Position numbers and translations under genes: made by a program. Below, one piece after another: positions 22,133-29,879 of a stretch of DNA of 32,000 nt. The DNA comes from Candidatus Nitrosopumilus koreensis AR1 (GTDB taxonomy: Archaea > Thermoproteota > Nitrososphaeria > Nitrososphaerales > Nitrosopumilaceae). The DNA lies in assembly GCF_000299365.1 (NCBI RefSeq), contig NC_018655.1, positions 930,001 through 962,000 on the forward strand, in the 5' to 3' direction. How positions within the stretch are numbered: the first letter of the stretch is position 1; the number at the start of each line of letters is the position of its first letter. A model generated the notes under the pieces. It worked only from the letters and a program-made list of their open reading frames with translations. It had not been told where the DNA came from and did not search any database.

Positions 22133-22486
22133 AATCGTTTGGAAAGAATTCAGATTTCCAAGATTTTAGTTTGCTGAAAATTTCCAGGTATTCGGATGAT
22201 TTCACAGTAATGTGAATATGAGCATACAATTCTCCAAACTGAGACTCAAAAATCATTCTGCATTCATCTTTGAAAAATGGAACAGATATTCCAATCTTTA
22301 TGAGATTGGAAAATGTAAAATCTTCAATTTGTACAAGTTTTTCATTAACGGTAATTTTTTTGGTTCAGGATTTTTGTTAATAGTATCATCTAGTTTCTTT
22401 TTTGTTTCATCATTCCAGAGAGGCGTGTCATGAGGCCATCTGTGAACAAAGACCTTTTCAGCCAAAAATGAAATATCAGACAACAT
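22122..22486 (-). pseudogene. hypothetical ~121-aa protein, frameshifted at a T7 run (22355-22361 on the plus strand)
   Basis: The 62-aa ORF (MLSDISFLAEKVFVHRWPHDTPLWNDETKKKLDDTINKNPEPKK...) continues in the neighbouring frame as [77 protein letters not shown] (stop 22122-22124) if the run is read as 8 nt. Confidence 0.5.
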
Positions 22487-22735
22487 TTCATGTTGATTTT
22501 AAATCAAATTAAGCGTATCCTATAGTCTACCACCCGTTTGCGGTTTCAAAGATTAGTTTCTTGTTACCATTACGCGTATCTCAAATTAAAACTTGTATTT
22601 CGGTACGAACCGCAATCGTTCCGTCATCATATCATTTCAAATCAGCGGGTTTGAATCTGTTAGGGTTTGAATTTAATCGGGTTCCAGTATAATCAAAATC
22701 GTCAGCAGATACAAAAAATAAGAAAACACTTTCAG

Positions 22736-23035
22736 TTATTTGGATAAAACTGAAAGTATAGGCATTGCGTCCCACTGATACATATGATGCACTAGAACAT
22801 TTTCACATGCATCAGAGTAGTCTTGGTAGAATTTTTTTGCGTCTTGTTCTGTTGCTTCAAAAACTGCCATACCACTTGGTTGGCCACTAAAAGAGCCAGA
22901 CCACATGGTTCCCTTTGAGGATTGCCACTCATCAACTAGTGATATGATGTTTGGTCGAATCCTTTCGATATCTTGTTCTGAAGCATCATCTCCAATAGAG
23001 CTGACTATTACCCATGGTTTTAGTTGATCAGACAT
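22736..23035 (-). CDS. hypothetical small soluble protein (99 aa)
   Basis: Clean ATG ORF with normal composition; no motif recognised. Confidence 0.6.
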   Translation of the reverse strand: MSDQLKPWVIVSSIGDDASEQDIERIRPNIISLVDEWQSSKGTMWSGSFSGQPSGMAVFEATEQDAKKFYQDYSDACENVLVHHMYQWDAMPILSVLSK

Positions 23036-23223
23036 GACATGTTAGAGATAAATTAGAAATTAAAGATAAGGATGATTGTAATAAGATAATACAATTTCCT
23101 ATCTCAAAAACTTAGAACAGGAAAATAAAATCATCGATGATTTTATTACAATTATCTTGTATCAAAATATGTTCGAGCCATGTATCTTACCATGACACTT
23201 TTTTGCAAGCAAGGTTTTGAACC

Positions 23224-23310
23224 AAGGAAGGCATTAACACAATTCAAGGTTCACCTACATGGAAGTTGCTATTGGCATAACTTCGAATAAACTGTGTTAA
23301 TGCTTTCTTT
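23224..23310 (+). other. 87-nt composite hairpin (candidate structured RNA or inverted-repeat element)
   Basis: Outer stem 23224-23241 / 23293-23310 is 18 bp (16 Watson-Crick plus 2 G-U when read on the plus strand). Inner stem 23242-23251 / 23279-23288 is 9 of 10 pairs. 27-nt loop, 4-nt bulge. Confidence 0.5.
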
Positions 23311-23313
23311 GAT

Positions 23314-23345
23314 AAAATTATATTCTATTTCAAAATTATATTCTA
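23314..23345. repeat. direct repeat AAAATTATATTCTA x2 with 18-nt period
   Basis: Identical 14-mers at 23314-23327 and 23332-23345, separated by tttc. Confidence 0.7.
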
Positions 23346-23449
23346 ACTTTGTAGAGTATTTGGTTTTCTAGATCTTGAAAGTTTGACAAGTATCGGGTGG
23401 TAAAAATAACACTATTAATCATTTTTGTACAATAAAAAAGAAAAAGAGA

Positions 23450-25216
23450 TTATACTCTTAGACTCAGTCTAGATTTTGCAGTAATTGCAACAATACTCAT
23501 GATTGAAACAACAAGAATTATCATCGCAATTGTTCCAAATTCAGGGACAACATTTGCAACGGTATCCATTTTTGTCAGTATTGCATCAACTTGTGCATTT
23601 ACTTCTGAGACAGGAACATCATTTTTGATCATGTTTCGAAGGTCTTCTCTTAACATGTGTTCAACATCTTCCATTAGTTCCTCTTGATCAAGTTCAACTA
23701 GAGGTCCCTCAAGGAACTCAAAGTTGTCAAGATATGCTTTAGTTGCAAGACTTAATGCTATGTCTTTATCTCCAGTTGCATATTCTTGTTTTGTTTGCTC
23801 AAGAAGTTCTCTGATATTTTCAACATATTCTAACAGATTCTCACTTTCGTCTTCAACACCTAAGATTTCGTCAATTTCATGAATGATTCCTCCTGCATAC
23901 GTTTCTACTTGAGTAGGCGTTGCTCTAGCATCATAAGATTCCCAAAGGTCTTCATAGAATTCATCAATCTCTTGAGCCATATGCGAATCAATATCATCCC
24001 TAATTGTATTGAAAATCTGCTGTGATCTCCATACAAATGCAGAACCATCTTGGAATTCTGCCATCTCTCCGATGACACCATCAGACACTGCTTCACCGTA
24101 TTCGGCTATGGATGTATCAAGTAAGACCTTCATTAAGACTAGTTTTGTGTTCACATCACTACTCAAATAGTCTCCAACAATAGTTGAACGAGCAATAGAA
24201 ACTACTTGTTTTGCGTCATCAATTGCCTGCTGAGCTTGTTGTCTTGAGACATCAGTACTTGCTTTGTCTTTTAACTCCATGAGAGTTTTTTGGACTTGTG
24301 CATCAAGGTTAGGATCCGATGCTTTGAGTTCTGGTTTCATGGAATCATACAATTCTGAAATTGGATGAGTTGCATGAATCAATGCAAGTTCAGCATTTCC
24401 ATCATCAAGATTTTGCTCTAGTGCCCAGAAATGTCCCAATGTCTCTTCAAGTGAAGAAGCAAAGGCTATTTTTGATTCTAGAGATTCATCAAGTTCGTGG
24501 ATAATGCCATTAGCAATAGTTGCTACTTGAGCAGGTTCTGCTCTAACATCATAAGCTAACCAGAGTTCGGCATACATCTCATCAATTTCTTCAGCTATGT
24601 GAGGATCAATGTCAGATTCTATTTCTGAGAAAATCTGTTGTGATCTCCATACAAATGCAGAACCATCTTGGAATTCTGCCATCTCTCCGATGACACCATC
24701 AGACACTGCTTCGCCATATTCGGCTATGGATGTATCAAGTAAGACCTTCATCAACTGCACTCTAAAGGCTGTATCTTGGCTTAATTTGTCTCCAACAATA
24801 GTTGAACGAGCAATAGAAACTACTTGTTTTGCGTCATCAATTGCCTGCTGAGCTTGTTGTCTTGAGACATCAGTACTTGCTTTGTCTTTTAACTCCATGA
24901 GAGTTTTTTGGACTTGTGCATCAAGGTTAGGATCCGATGCTTTGAGTTCTGGTTTCATGGAATCATACAATTCTGAAATTGGATGAGTTGCATGAATCAA
25001 TGCAAGTTCAGCATTTCCATCATCAAGATTTTGCTCTAGTGCCCAGAAATGTCCCAATGTCTCTTCAAGTGAAGAAGCAAATTCTGCTTTTTCTTGAAAG
25101 GAATCTGCAGAAGCCATTTGAAACGAGGTCACAGATAGAACCAACGAAGTCATTAGAATTGTCAATGCGGTTGATTTTTTCATCAAAAAAAGTCCAAATT
25201 GAGATGATTTAAACAA
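23450..25216 (-). CDS. secreted helical-repeat protein with internal tandem duplication and PEFG-type C-terminal sorting/anchor signal
   Basis: Signal peptide (MKKSTALTILMTSLVLSVTSFQMASA; the likely start is the second Met at 25183). Two ~206-aa modules and a third helical module. C-terminus is VVPEFG + TIAMIILVVSIMSIVAITA + KSRLSLRV. Confidence 0.8.
   Translation of the reverse strand: MFKSSQFGLFLMKKSTALTILMTSLVLSVTSFQMASADSFQEKAEFASSLEETLGHFWALEQNLDDGNAELALIHATHPISELYDSMKPELKASDPNLDAQVQKTLMELKDKASTDVSRQQAQQAIDDAKQVVSIARSTIVGDKLSQDTAFRVQLMKVLLDTSIAEYGEAVSDGVIGEMAEFQDGSAFVWRSQQIFSEIESDIDPHIAEEIDEMYAELWLAYDVRAEPAQVATIANGIIHELDESLESKIAFASSLEETLGHFWALEQNLDDGNAELALIHATHPISELYDSMKPELKASDPNLDAQVQKTLMELKDKASTDVSRQQAQQAIDDAKQVVSIARSTIVGDYLSSDVNTKLVLMKVLLDTSIAEYGEAVSDGVIGEMAEFQDGSAFVWRSQQIFNTIRDDIDSHMAQEIDEFYEDLWESYDARATPTQVETYAGGIIHEIDEILGVEDESENLLEYVENIRELLEQTKQEYATGDKDIALSLATKAYLDNFEFLEGPLVELDQEELMEDVEHMLREDLRNMIKNDVPVSEVNAQVDAILTKMDTVANVVPEFGTIAMIILVVSIMSIVAITAKSRLSLRV
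24011..24463 (-). repeat. downstream (protein-order second) copy of the highly conserved part of the 618-nt tandem repeat
   Basis: 24170-24463 is identical to 24788-25081 (294 nt). 24011-24136 matches 24629-24754 with 2 synonymous differences. A ~33-nt divergent patch lies between the blocks. Confidence 0.9.
24629..25081 (-). repeat. upstream (protein-order first) copy of the highly conserved part of the 618-nt tandem repeat
   Basis: See the partner at 24011-24463; the offset is exactly 618 nt (206 codons). Confidence 0.9.
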
Positions 25217-25474
25217 AGTATTGATTCTGATGGCGTATTTTATATTCTTAGAATGTAGAACGATACAAAAATGTGAACCATTTCAAAAATTAGAGCGAAA
25301 ATGGAACCAAAAAGAACCATCACAGTACCACTACCCATCAGGTCCATGTATTTTATTTTTAGACCATCAAAGGTGTAAAACTATCAGGGTTTGAATGTGT
25401 GTTTATACAATTATTATAATTTTGTTTTGGTGGTAAATTAGCAGATTTTTATAAAATGATGATCTAGCAAATAC

Positions 25475-25597
25475 ATGGAAAAGAAAAAGAAAGAAAATGA
25501 ACCATATGCAACTAATGATCCTACTAAGACAACAGCTGTAGAACAAGAAAACATGGCAAAAGAAGCCATCAAGAAATTCAAATCACTGAATAATTAG
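25475..25597 (+). CDS. possible 40-aa Lys/Glu-rich small protein
   Basis: ATG...TAG ORF (MEKKKKENEPYATNDPTKTTAVEQENMAKEAIKKFKSLNN) 34 nt upstream of the TPR gene; no other support. Confidence 0.3.
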   Translation: MEKKKKENEPYATNDPTKTTAVEQENMAKEAIKKFKSLNN

Positions 25598-25631
25598 CAT
25601 TAATTACAGAGCAAGAGGTTTTTGAAAGATT

Positions 25632-26453
25632 ATGGGGCTGTTTGGCAAAAAAGAAGATCCAGAAGATTTGATGTACGATGCAATGGAAATGGTTGAAAGG
25701 AATCAGCCAAAAGCAGCCATATCATTATTCAACAAAGTCCTAAAACAAGAGCCAGAAAACACAGAGGCATTACTGCAAAAAGGATTAGCGTTAAACCAGA
25801 TTAAAAAATATCAAGACGCCATTACTTGTTTTGACAAACTTGTAGAAATAAACCCCAAGGATGCTCAAGCTCTAAACAATAGAGGGATATCTATGGCAGA
25901 AATTGGCAACGTACAAGGGGCTGCAGAATATTATGAAAAGGCAATTGAAGCAGACCCCAAATACGCTTCGGCCTACTTTAACAAAGGCGTACTGTTAGAC
26001 AAACTCCAAGAACATGAAGAAGCATTAACGGTTTTAGAAAAAGCAATCTCAATTGACCCAAAAAAACCCAATGCACTAATTTACAAAGGAATAGTGTTAG
26101 GCAAACTCAAGAGAAATGAAGAGGCTTTGAATTGCTTTTCTAATGTGTGTAAAAAATATCCAAATAATTTGGATGCATTCTTTCAAAAAGGAGTTCAGTT
26201 GGCAGAATTAGGTCAACACAAAAAAGCATTAGATGTTTTTAATGAGATTTCAAAAAAATTCAAAGACAATGTGAATATCCTATATGCAAAATCACGCAGT
26301 TTAGCAGCACTTGAGAGATATCCTGAATCATTAGAGATGCTAAAACAAGCAGTATCAACAAGCCCCAAAGTTATTCGGGCATGGGCAAAAGAAGAACCAA
26401 TATTTACAAAGTTGCACAGCAATGATCAATTTAGAAAAATAATAAAACTATAG
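25632..26453 (+). CDS. tetratricopeptide (TPR) repeat protein
   Basis: About seven consecutive 34-aa TPR units (A..F.KAL..DP.N..AL.NKG...). Confidence 0.85.
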   Translation: MGLFGKKEDPEDLMYDAMEMVERNQPKAAISLFNKVLKQEPENTEALLQKGLALNQIKKYQDAITCFDKLVEINPKDAQALNNRGISMAEIGNVQGAAEYYEKAIEADPKYASAYFNKGVLLDKLQEHEEALTVLEKAISIDPKKPNALIYKGIVLGKLKRNEEALNCFSNVCKKYPNNLDAFFQKGVQLAELGQHKKALDVFNEISKKFKDNVNILYAKSRSLAALERYPESLEMLKQAVSTSPKVIRAWAKEEPIFTKLHSNDQFRKIIKL

Positions 26454-27152
26454 AATTTTTTTACGTACTGCGTCTATTCGCATGAGTTCAACCTTCTTTT
26501 TGGGTCCAATCAATCTTGCCTCAAATATTGGAACATACACTTCAGTGATATCACGTAACACAAACTCTTCAGAGAGTTCCCTAACATCGGCTGCTAATGG
26601 TTTTTTCAAAAGTGATTTGAGACTTTCCAAAGCAGCATCATACGTCATTTCGGGCCTTTTGATATTTGGCTCATTTTTTTGCAGTATTCTCTTTGGATAA
26701 TTCTCTACAGTTTTTGAGTTTACTTTGAAAGGGAATTTTACCTCCCGTCCATGATGATCAAAAGTCAATTCATCTTCTTCTTCAACAAATACGTGCTCTT
26801 CTAATTTTATGTCAATCTTGTTTTTGCCCTTCTTTCCAACAAATGTTTTCTCCAATACGGATTTTGGGCGAGTTTGAAAAACACCATCTCCCAGTTCTAC
26901 CTCTTTTACATTAGAATCAACAGAGATGGTGTGAGTGGCTTTTCGATAGTAATCAGCAATGTATTTTCCAGATACCATCAGTATGCATTCATAGTATAGT
27001 TTGATGGAATGGATGTGAATCTGTTCTTTTTTTGGTCTGGACAACAATGACTTGAAGGGTTTTGTTTTCTTGTCTTCTACGATTTCTGTTGCTTCATCCA
27101 GATCTATATTTTTTCGTAAAACAACAGTCTTTACATCATATGTCTTGTTCAA
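26448..27152 (-). CDS. hypothetical protein (234 aa)
   Basis: Long ORF with protein-like composition and a TTG start; no motif recognised. Confidence 0.6.
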   Translation of the reverse strand: MNKTYDVKTVVLRKNIDLDEATEIVEDKKTKPFKSLLSRPKKEQIHIHSIKLYYECILMVSGKYIADYYRKATHTISVDSNVKEVELGDGVFQTRPKSVLEKTFVGKKGKNKIDIKLEEHVFVEEEDELTFDHHGREVKFPFKVNSKTVENYPKRILQKNEPNIKRPEMTYDAALESLKSLLKKPLAADVRELSEEFVLRDITEVYVPIFEARLIGPKKKVELMRIDAVRKKIL

Positions 27153-27234
27153 AACTATACAAATTATACAATTCCATCTATTAAACAGATTCTGTCATGA
27201 AAAGAGATAATAGATTTGATATTCATTAAAAACT

Positions 27235-27597
27235 ATGGCAGCAAAAAAAGCAGGATATATTGAGAAGTTTCTAAAAAAAGCAGACAAGGCACTTCAAGAA
27301 GGAGTTAAAAGAGCCGATGAAGTATTAGAAGACGCAGTAGAGTTTGGAACAATGACTGCAAAACAGGCAGCACAAGCAAGCAAAGAAATCCGCAAGCAGG
27401 CAAAAAAAGAAAGTGATGAATTGCAAAAAAAGGGTGCCAAAAAAATTAGCGAGGGAATTACTGCTGCAAAGAACATATCTTCAAGTACAGATGATGAATT
27501 GGCAACATTAGAAAAACTAGGAAAACTTAGAAAGGCAGGAGTAATCACTGAAAAAGAATTCCAAGCAAAGAAAAAGAAAATCCTAGGAAGAATTTAG
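27235..27597 (+). CDS. Lys/Ala-rich helical protein with C-terminal SHOCT domain
   Basis: C-terminus LEKLGKLRKAGVITEKEFQAKKKKILG matches the SHOCT short C-terminal domain pattern. Confidence 0.7.
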   Translation: MAAKKAGYIEKFLKKADKALQEGVKRADEVLEDAVEFGTMTAKQAAQASKEIRKQAKKESDELQKKGAKKISEGITAAKNISSSTDDELATLEKLGKLRKAGVITEKEFQAKKKKILGRI

Positions 27598-27599
27598 AG

Positions 27600-28055
27600 A
27601 TGAAAAAATCAAACATTCACGGTATCAATGATAAAAGAAATGTAAATCCTGATTGGTTTACATCTAAAACATGGATGAAAGTATTATCTGAAAAAATAAA
27701 ATCAGAAGACCAAGACATCTATCATGTTCATTTTGAAAAAGGTTCAAGAACTAAACTTCATACACATAATGGTAATCAAGTATTAATTGCAACAAAGGGA
27801 AAAGGAAGTCTTGAGATTTTTCGAAAGTACGGAACAAGCAAGAGTGACTTTAAGATAAAAAAAACTGAAAGAATCACTATGAATGAAGGAGATATTGTGC
27901 ACATACCTGCAAAGACACTTCACACTCATGGTTCTATAGATAAAAAAAAGACGTTTTCTCACATTGCAATCAACATATTGCCACGAAAAAATGCAGAATA
28001 CAAAACAGTTTGGTGGGAATCAGATTTTAAGACAAAGGCTTTCAACATAATCTAG
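27600..28055 (+). CDS. cupin-fold protein
   Basis: HTHNGNQVLIATKGKG and GDIVHIPAKTLHTHG resemble cupin motifs 1 and 2. Starts 2 nt after the preceding gene. Confidence 0.7.
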   Translation: MKKSNIHGINDKRNVNPDWFTSKTWMKVLSEKIKSEDQDIYHVHFEKGSRTKLHTHNGNQVLIATKGKGSLEIFRKYGTSKSDFKIKKTERITMNEGDIVHIPAKTLHTHGSIDKKKTFSHIAINILPRKNAEYKTVWWESDFKTKAFNII

Positions 28056-28057
28056 CA

Positions 28058-28414
28058 ATGTCATTACGAAAAAATTCAGAGATAGAGTCAATTCAAGGAA
28101 ACGAAGGAACTACGATCAAACAGTTTTTTGATCCGCACAATACAGAGATAGGTTACAGCCTTGCCCAATTTACATTAGAGCCAGGAAAAAAATCAAAACT
28201 TCACAAACTAAAATCATCTGAAATTTATTACATTTTAGAGGGAAATGCAAGTCTGATGATTGATGACAAAGTTCTAGAACTAAACAAAGACGATTCTGCA
28301 TGCGTGCCACCAAACTCCAAACAATCCATCAAAAATACAGGAGAGCAAAACTTGAGGTTTTTATGCATAGTAGAGCCAGCATGGAAAGCAGAAGACGAGA
28401 TCATGCTAGAATGA
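28058..28414 (+). CDS. cupin-fold protein (cupin_2-like, partly degenerate metal ligands)
   Basis: GKKSKLHKLKSSEIYYILEGNASL ... DDSACVPPNSKQSIKNTG. Starts 2 nt after the preceding cupin gene. Confidence 0.75.
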   Translation: MSLRKNSEIESIQGNEGTTIKQFFDPHNTEIGYSLAQFTLEPGKKSKLHKLKSSEIYYILEGNASLMIDDKVLELNKDDSACVPPNSKQSIKNTGEQNLRFLCIVEPAWKAEDEIMLE

Positions 28415-28472
28415 ATAACCCATACATGAATAATAGAAATTATTTTTAAAAGATGGCAAATCTCTAAGTTTA

Positions 28473-29138
28473 GTGAATACGTATCAAGCTCTCAAAGTAC
28501 TAGATGTTGATTCCAACTCATCCCAGGAGGAGATAAAATCTGCGTTTAGAAGAAAGGCACTAGAGCATCACCCGGATAAAAGTAAGAACAAAAATGAAGA
28601 TATAGAATTTAAAAAAATTACAGAGGCATATGAATTTCTGAAAAAAAATCACCATCAAAGAAATGAGGTGTATCACAAAGAACAATCAAGGCCAAAATCA
28701 GATTTCAAAAGAAAGCCATGGGGAGCTCCAGAGGATGAAAAAATTCCAGAACAAGATTGGGGCAAATACACAAAAGAATTCGAAGAAGGGGATCCGGATT
28801 TTTGGAAAGAGTATGAGAAAAATTTTTGGGAAGAGTATAACGCAAGAGTTCGTCCAGATGGAAGAAATGGAGAGTATGAAAAGGCAAAAGAGCCTAAGAA
28901 ACAGCCCAATCTCTTTGTAGATGTAGACAAGAGTTTGTGTATTGGTTGTTGCAGTTGTGAGATAATTGCACCAGATGTATTTCAAATCAACAAAGAGAAA
29001 ATGATGAATCCAAAATCATCAGTGATTGATCCAAAAGGTGCGGGAGTAAACAAGATTATGGATGCGGCAATGACTTGTCCCACAAAAGCAATAATTGTTG
29101 AAGATACGGACACAAAAGAGAGAATGTATCCGTATTGA
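28473..29138 (+). CDS. J-domain protein fused to a C-terminal single-cluster ferredoxin domain
   Basis: J domain with the HPD motif (ALEHHPDKSKN); Trp/Glu-rich linker; CIGCCSCE...CPTKAI (CxxCxxC...CP) Fe-S ligand pattern; GTG start. Confidence 0.8.
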   Translation: MNTYQALKVLDVDSNSSQEEIKSAFRRKALEHHPDKSKNKNEDIEFKKITEAYEFLKKNHHQRNEVYHKEQSRPKSDFKRKPWGAPEDEKIPEQDWGKYTKEFEEGDPDFWKEYEKNFWEEYNARVRPDGRNGEYEKAKEPKKQPNLFVDVDKSLCIGCCSCEIIAPDVFQINKEKMMNPKSSVIDPKGAGVNKIMDAAMTCPTKAIIVEDTDTKERMYPY

Positions 29139-29140
29139 GA

Positions 29141-29548
29141 TTAAATTTTTAGTTTTTCATATAGTTCATTTAATTCAGAATCAGATAACTTCAAGGTACC
29201 ATCAAACATGCTGTGTATTGCAGATGCAGAATCATTAGAACTTCTTGGAACCAAATGCACATGCACATGAGGAACTTCTTGTCCTGCTTCTTTTCCATTA
29301 TGAACTGCAACTAAAGTTGCACCTGAAATTGAATCAACTTTGGAGATCATCTTGTGTACAAATGAAAATAAATCGGTGTTTTCAGCATCAGACATGTCTT
29401 GAATTTTTTGGTGATGGTTTTTTGGAATCACCAGAACATGTCCTTTTGCAAGCGGAAAGGCATCAAGAAATGAAATAGAACTAGCAGACTCTCCAAGTAT
29501 TTTACAAGGGATTTCTTTTGCAATGATTTTACAAAAAATGCAATCCAT
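29141..29548 (-). CDS. HIT-family nucleotide hydrolase/transferase (HinT-like)
   Basis: CIFCKI N-terminus and the histidine triad HVHVHLVP. Confidence 0.9.
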   Translation of the reverse strand: MDCIFCKIIAKEIPCKILGESASSISFLDAFPLAKGHVLVIPKNHHQKIQDMSDAENTDLFSFVHKMISKVDSISGATLVAVHNGKEAGQEVPHVHVHLVPRSSNDSASAIHSMFDGTLKLSDSELNELYEKLKI

Positions 29549-29576
29549 AATGTTTCATAGTTTTTTTGATATTAAA

Positions 29577-29879
29577 TCATTGACTTGGTTCAACAATTGT
29601 TGCCCATGCCAGCCCTTTGCCAAACTTTATGGTTACTACATCTCCAGGAACAAGAGTACAATCTTCAATTGTTTTTGGTACGGCATCACTAGTTTCGACA
29701 TAACATATTCCGTTATCGTTGTTCAAAAGTTCAACATCTTCGTAGACATCTTCACGAATTAAATTCCAAAATGGAAACACAAGTGTGGATAATACTAATC
29801 CTGCAACCACAAATGCACCTCCAAAGATTAAACCCGCCTTTTGGCTGGAGCTAATTTCCATTCTACCAAGTACCGCCAT
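29577..29879 (-). CDS. small membrane-anchored hypothetical protein
   Basis: N-terminal TM helix (GLIFGGAFVVAGLVLSTLVFPFW) followed by a ~60-aa beta-rich domain. Its start overlaps the upstream C2H2 ORF. Confidence 0.6.
   Translation of the reverse strand: MAVLGRMEISSSQKAGLIFGGAFVVAGLVLSTLVFPFWNLIREDVYEDVELLNNDNGICYVETSDAVPKTIEDCTLVPGDVVTIKFGKGLAWATIVEPSQ

Noticed and set aside
23180-23290. 36-aa plus-strand ORF (MYLTMTLFCKQGFEPRKALTQFKVHLHGSCYWHNFE) overlapping the hairpin.
   Set aside because: It is very short with no recognisable motif, and the sequence is better explained by the RNA or inverted-repeat structure. It is kept only as a caveat in the hairpin finding.
25456-25600. ATGATGA (C-box-like) at 25456-25462, considered as a possible C/D-box sRNA.
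   Set aside because: There is no CTGA D box at the expected ~50-70 nt distance and no C'/D' pair. The region is better explained as the start of a small ORF or a leader.
28663-28985. Four alternative-frame ORFs (60-95 aa, both strands) inside the J-domain/ferredoxin gene.
   Set aside because: They fall in the Lys/Glu/Trp-rich, purine-biased linker, where all frames stay open. The main frame is validated by the J-domain and Fe-S motifs on either side.
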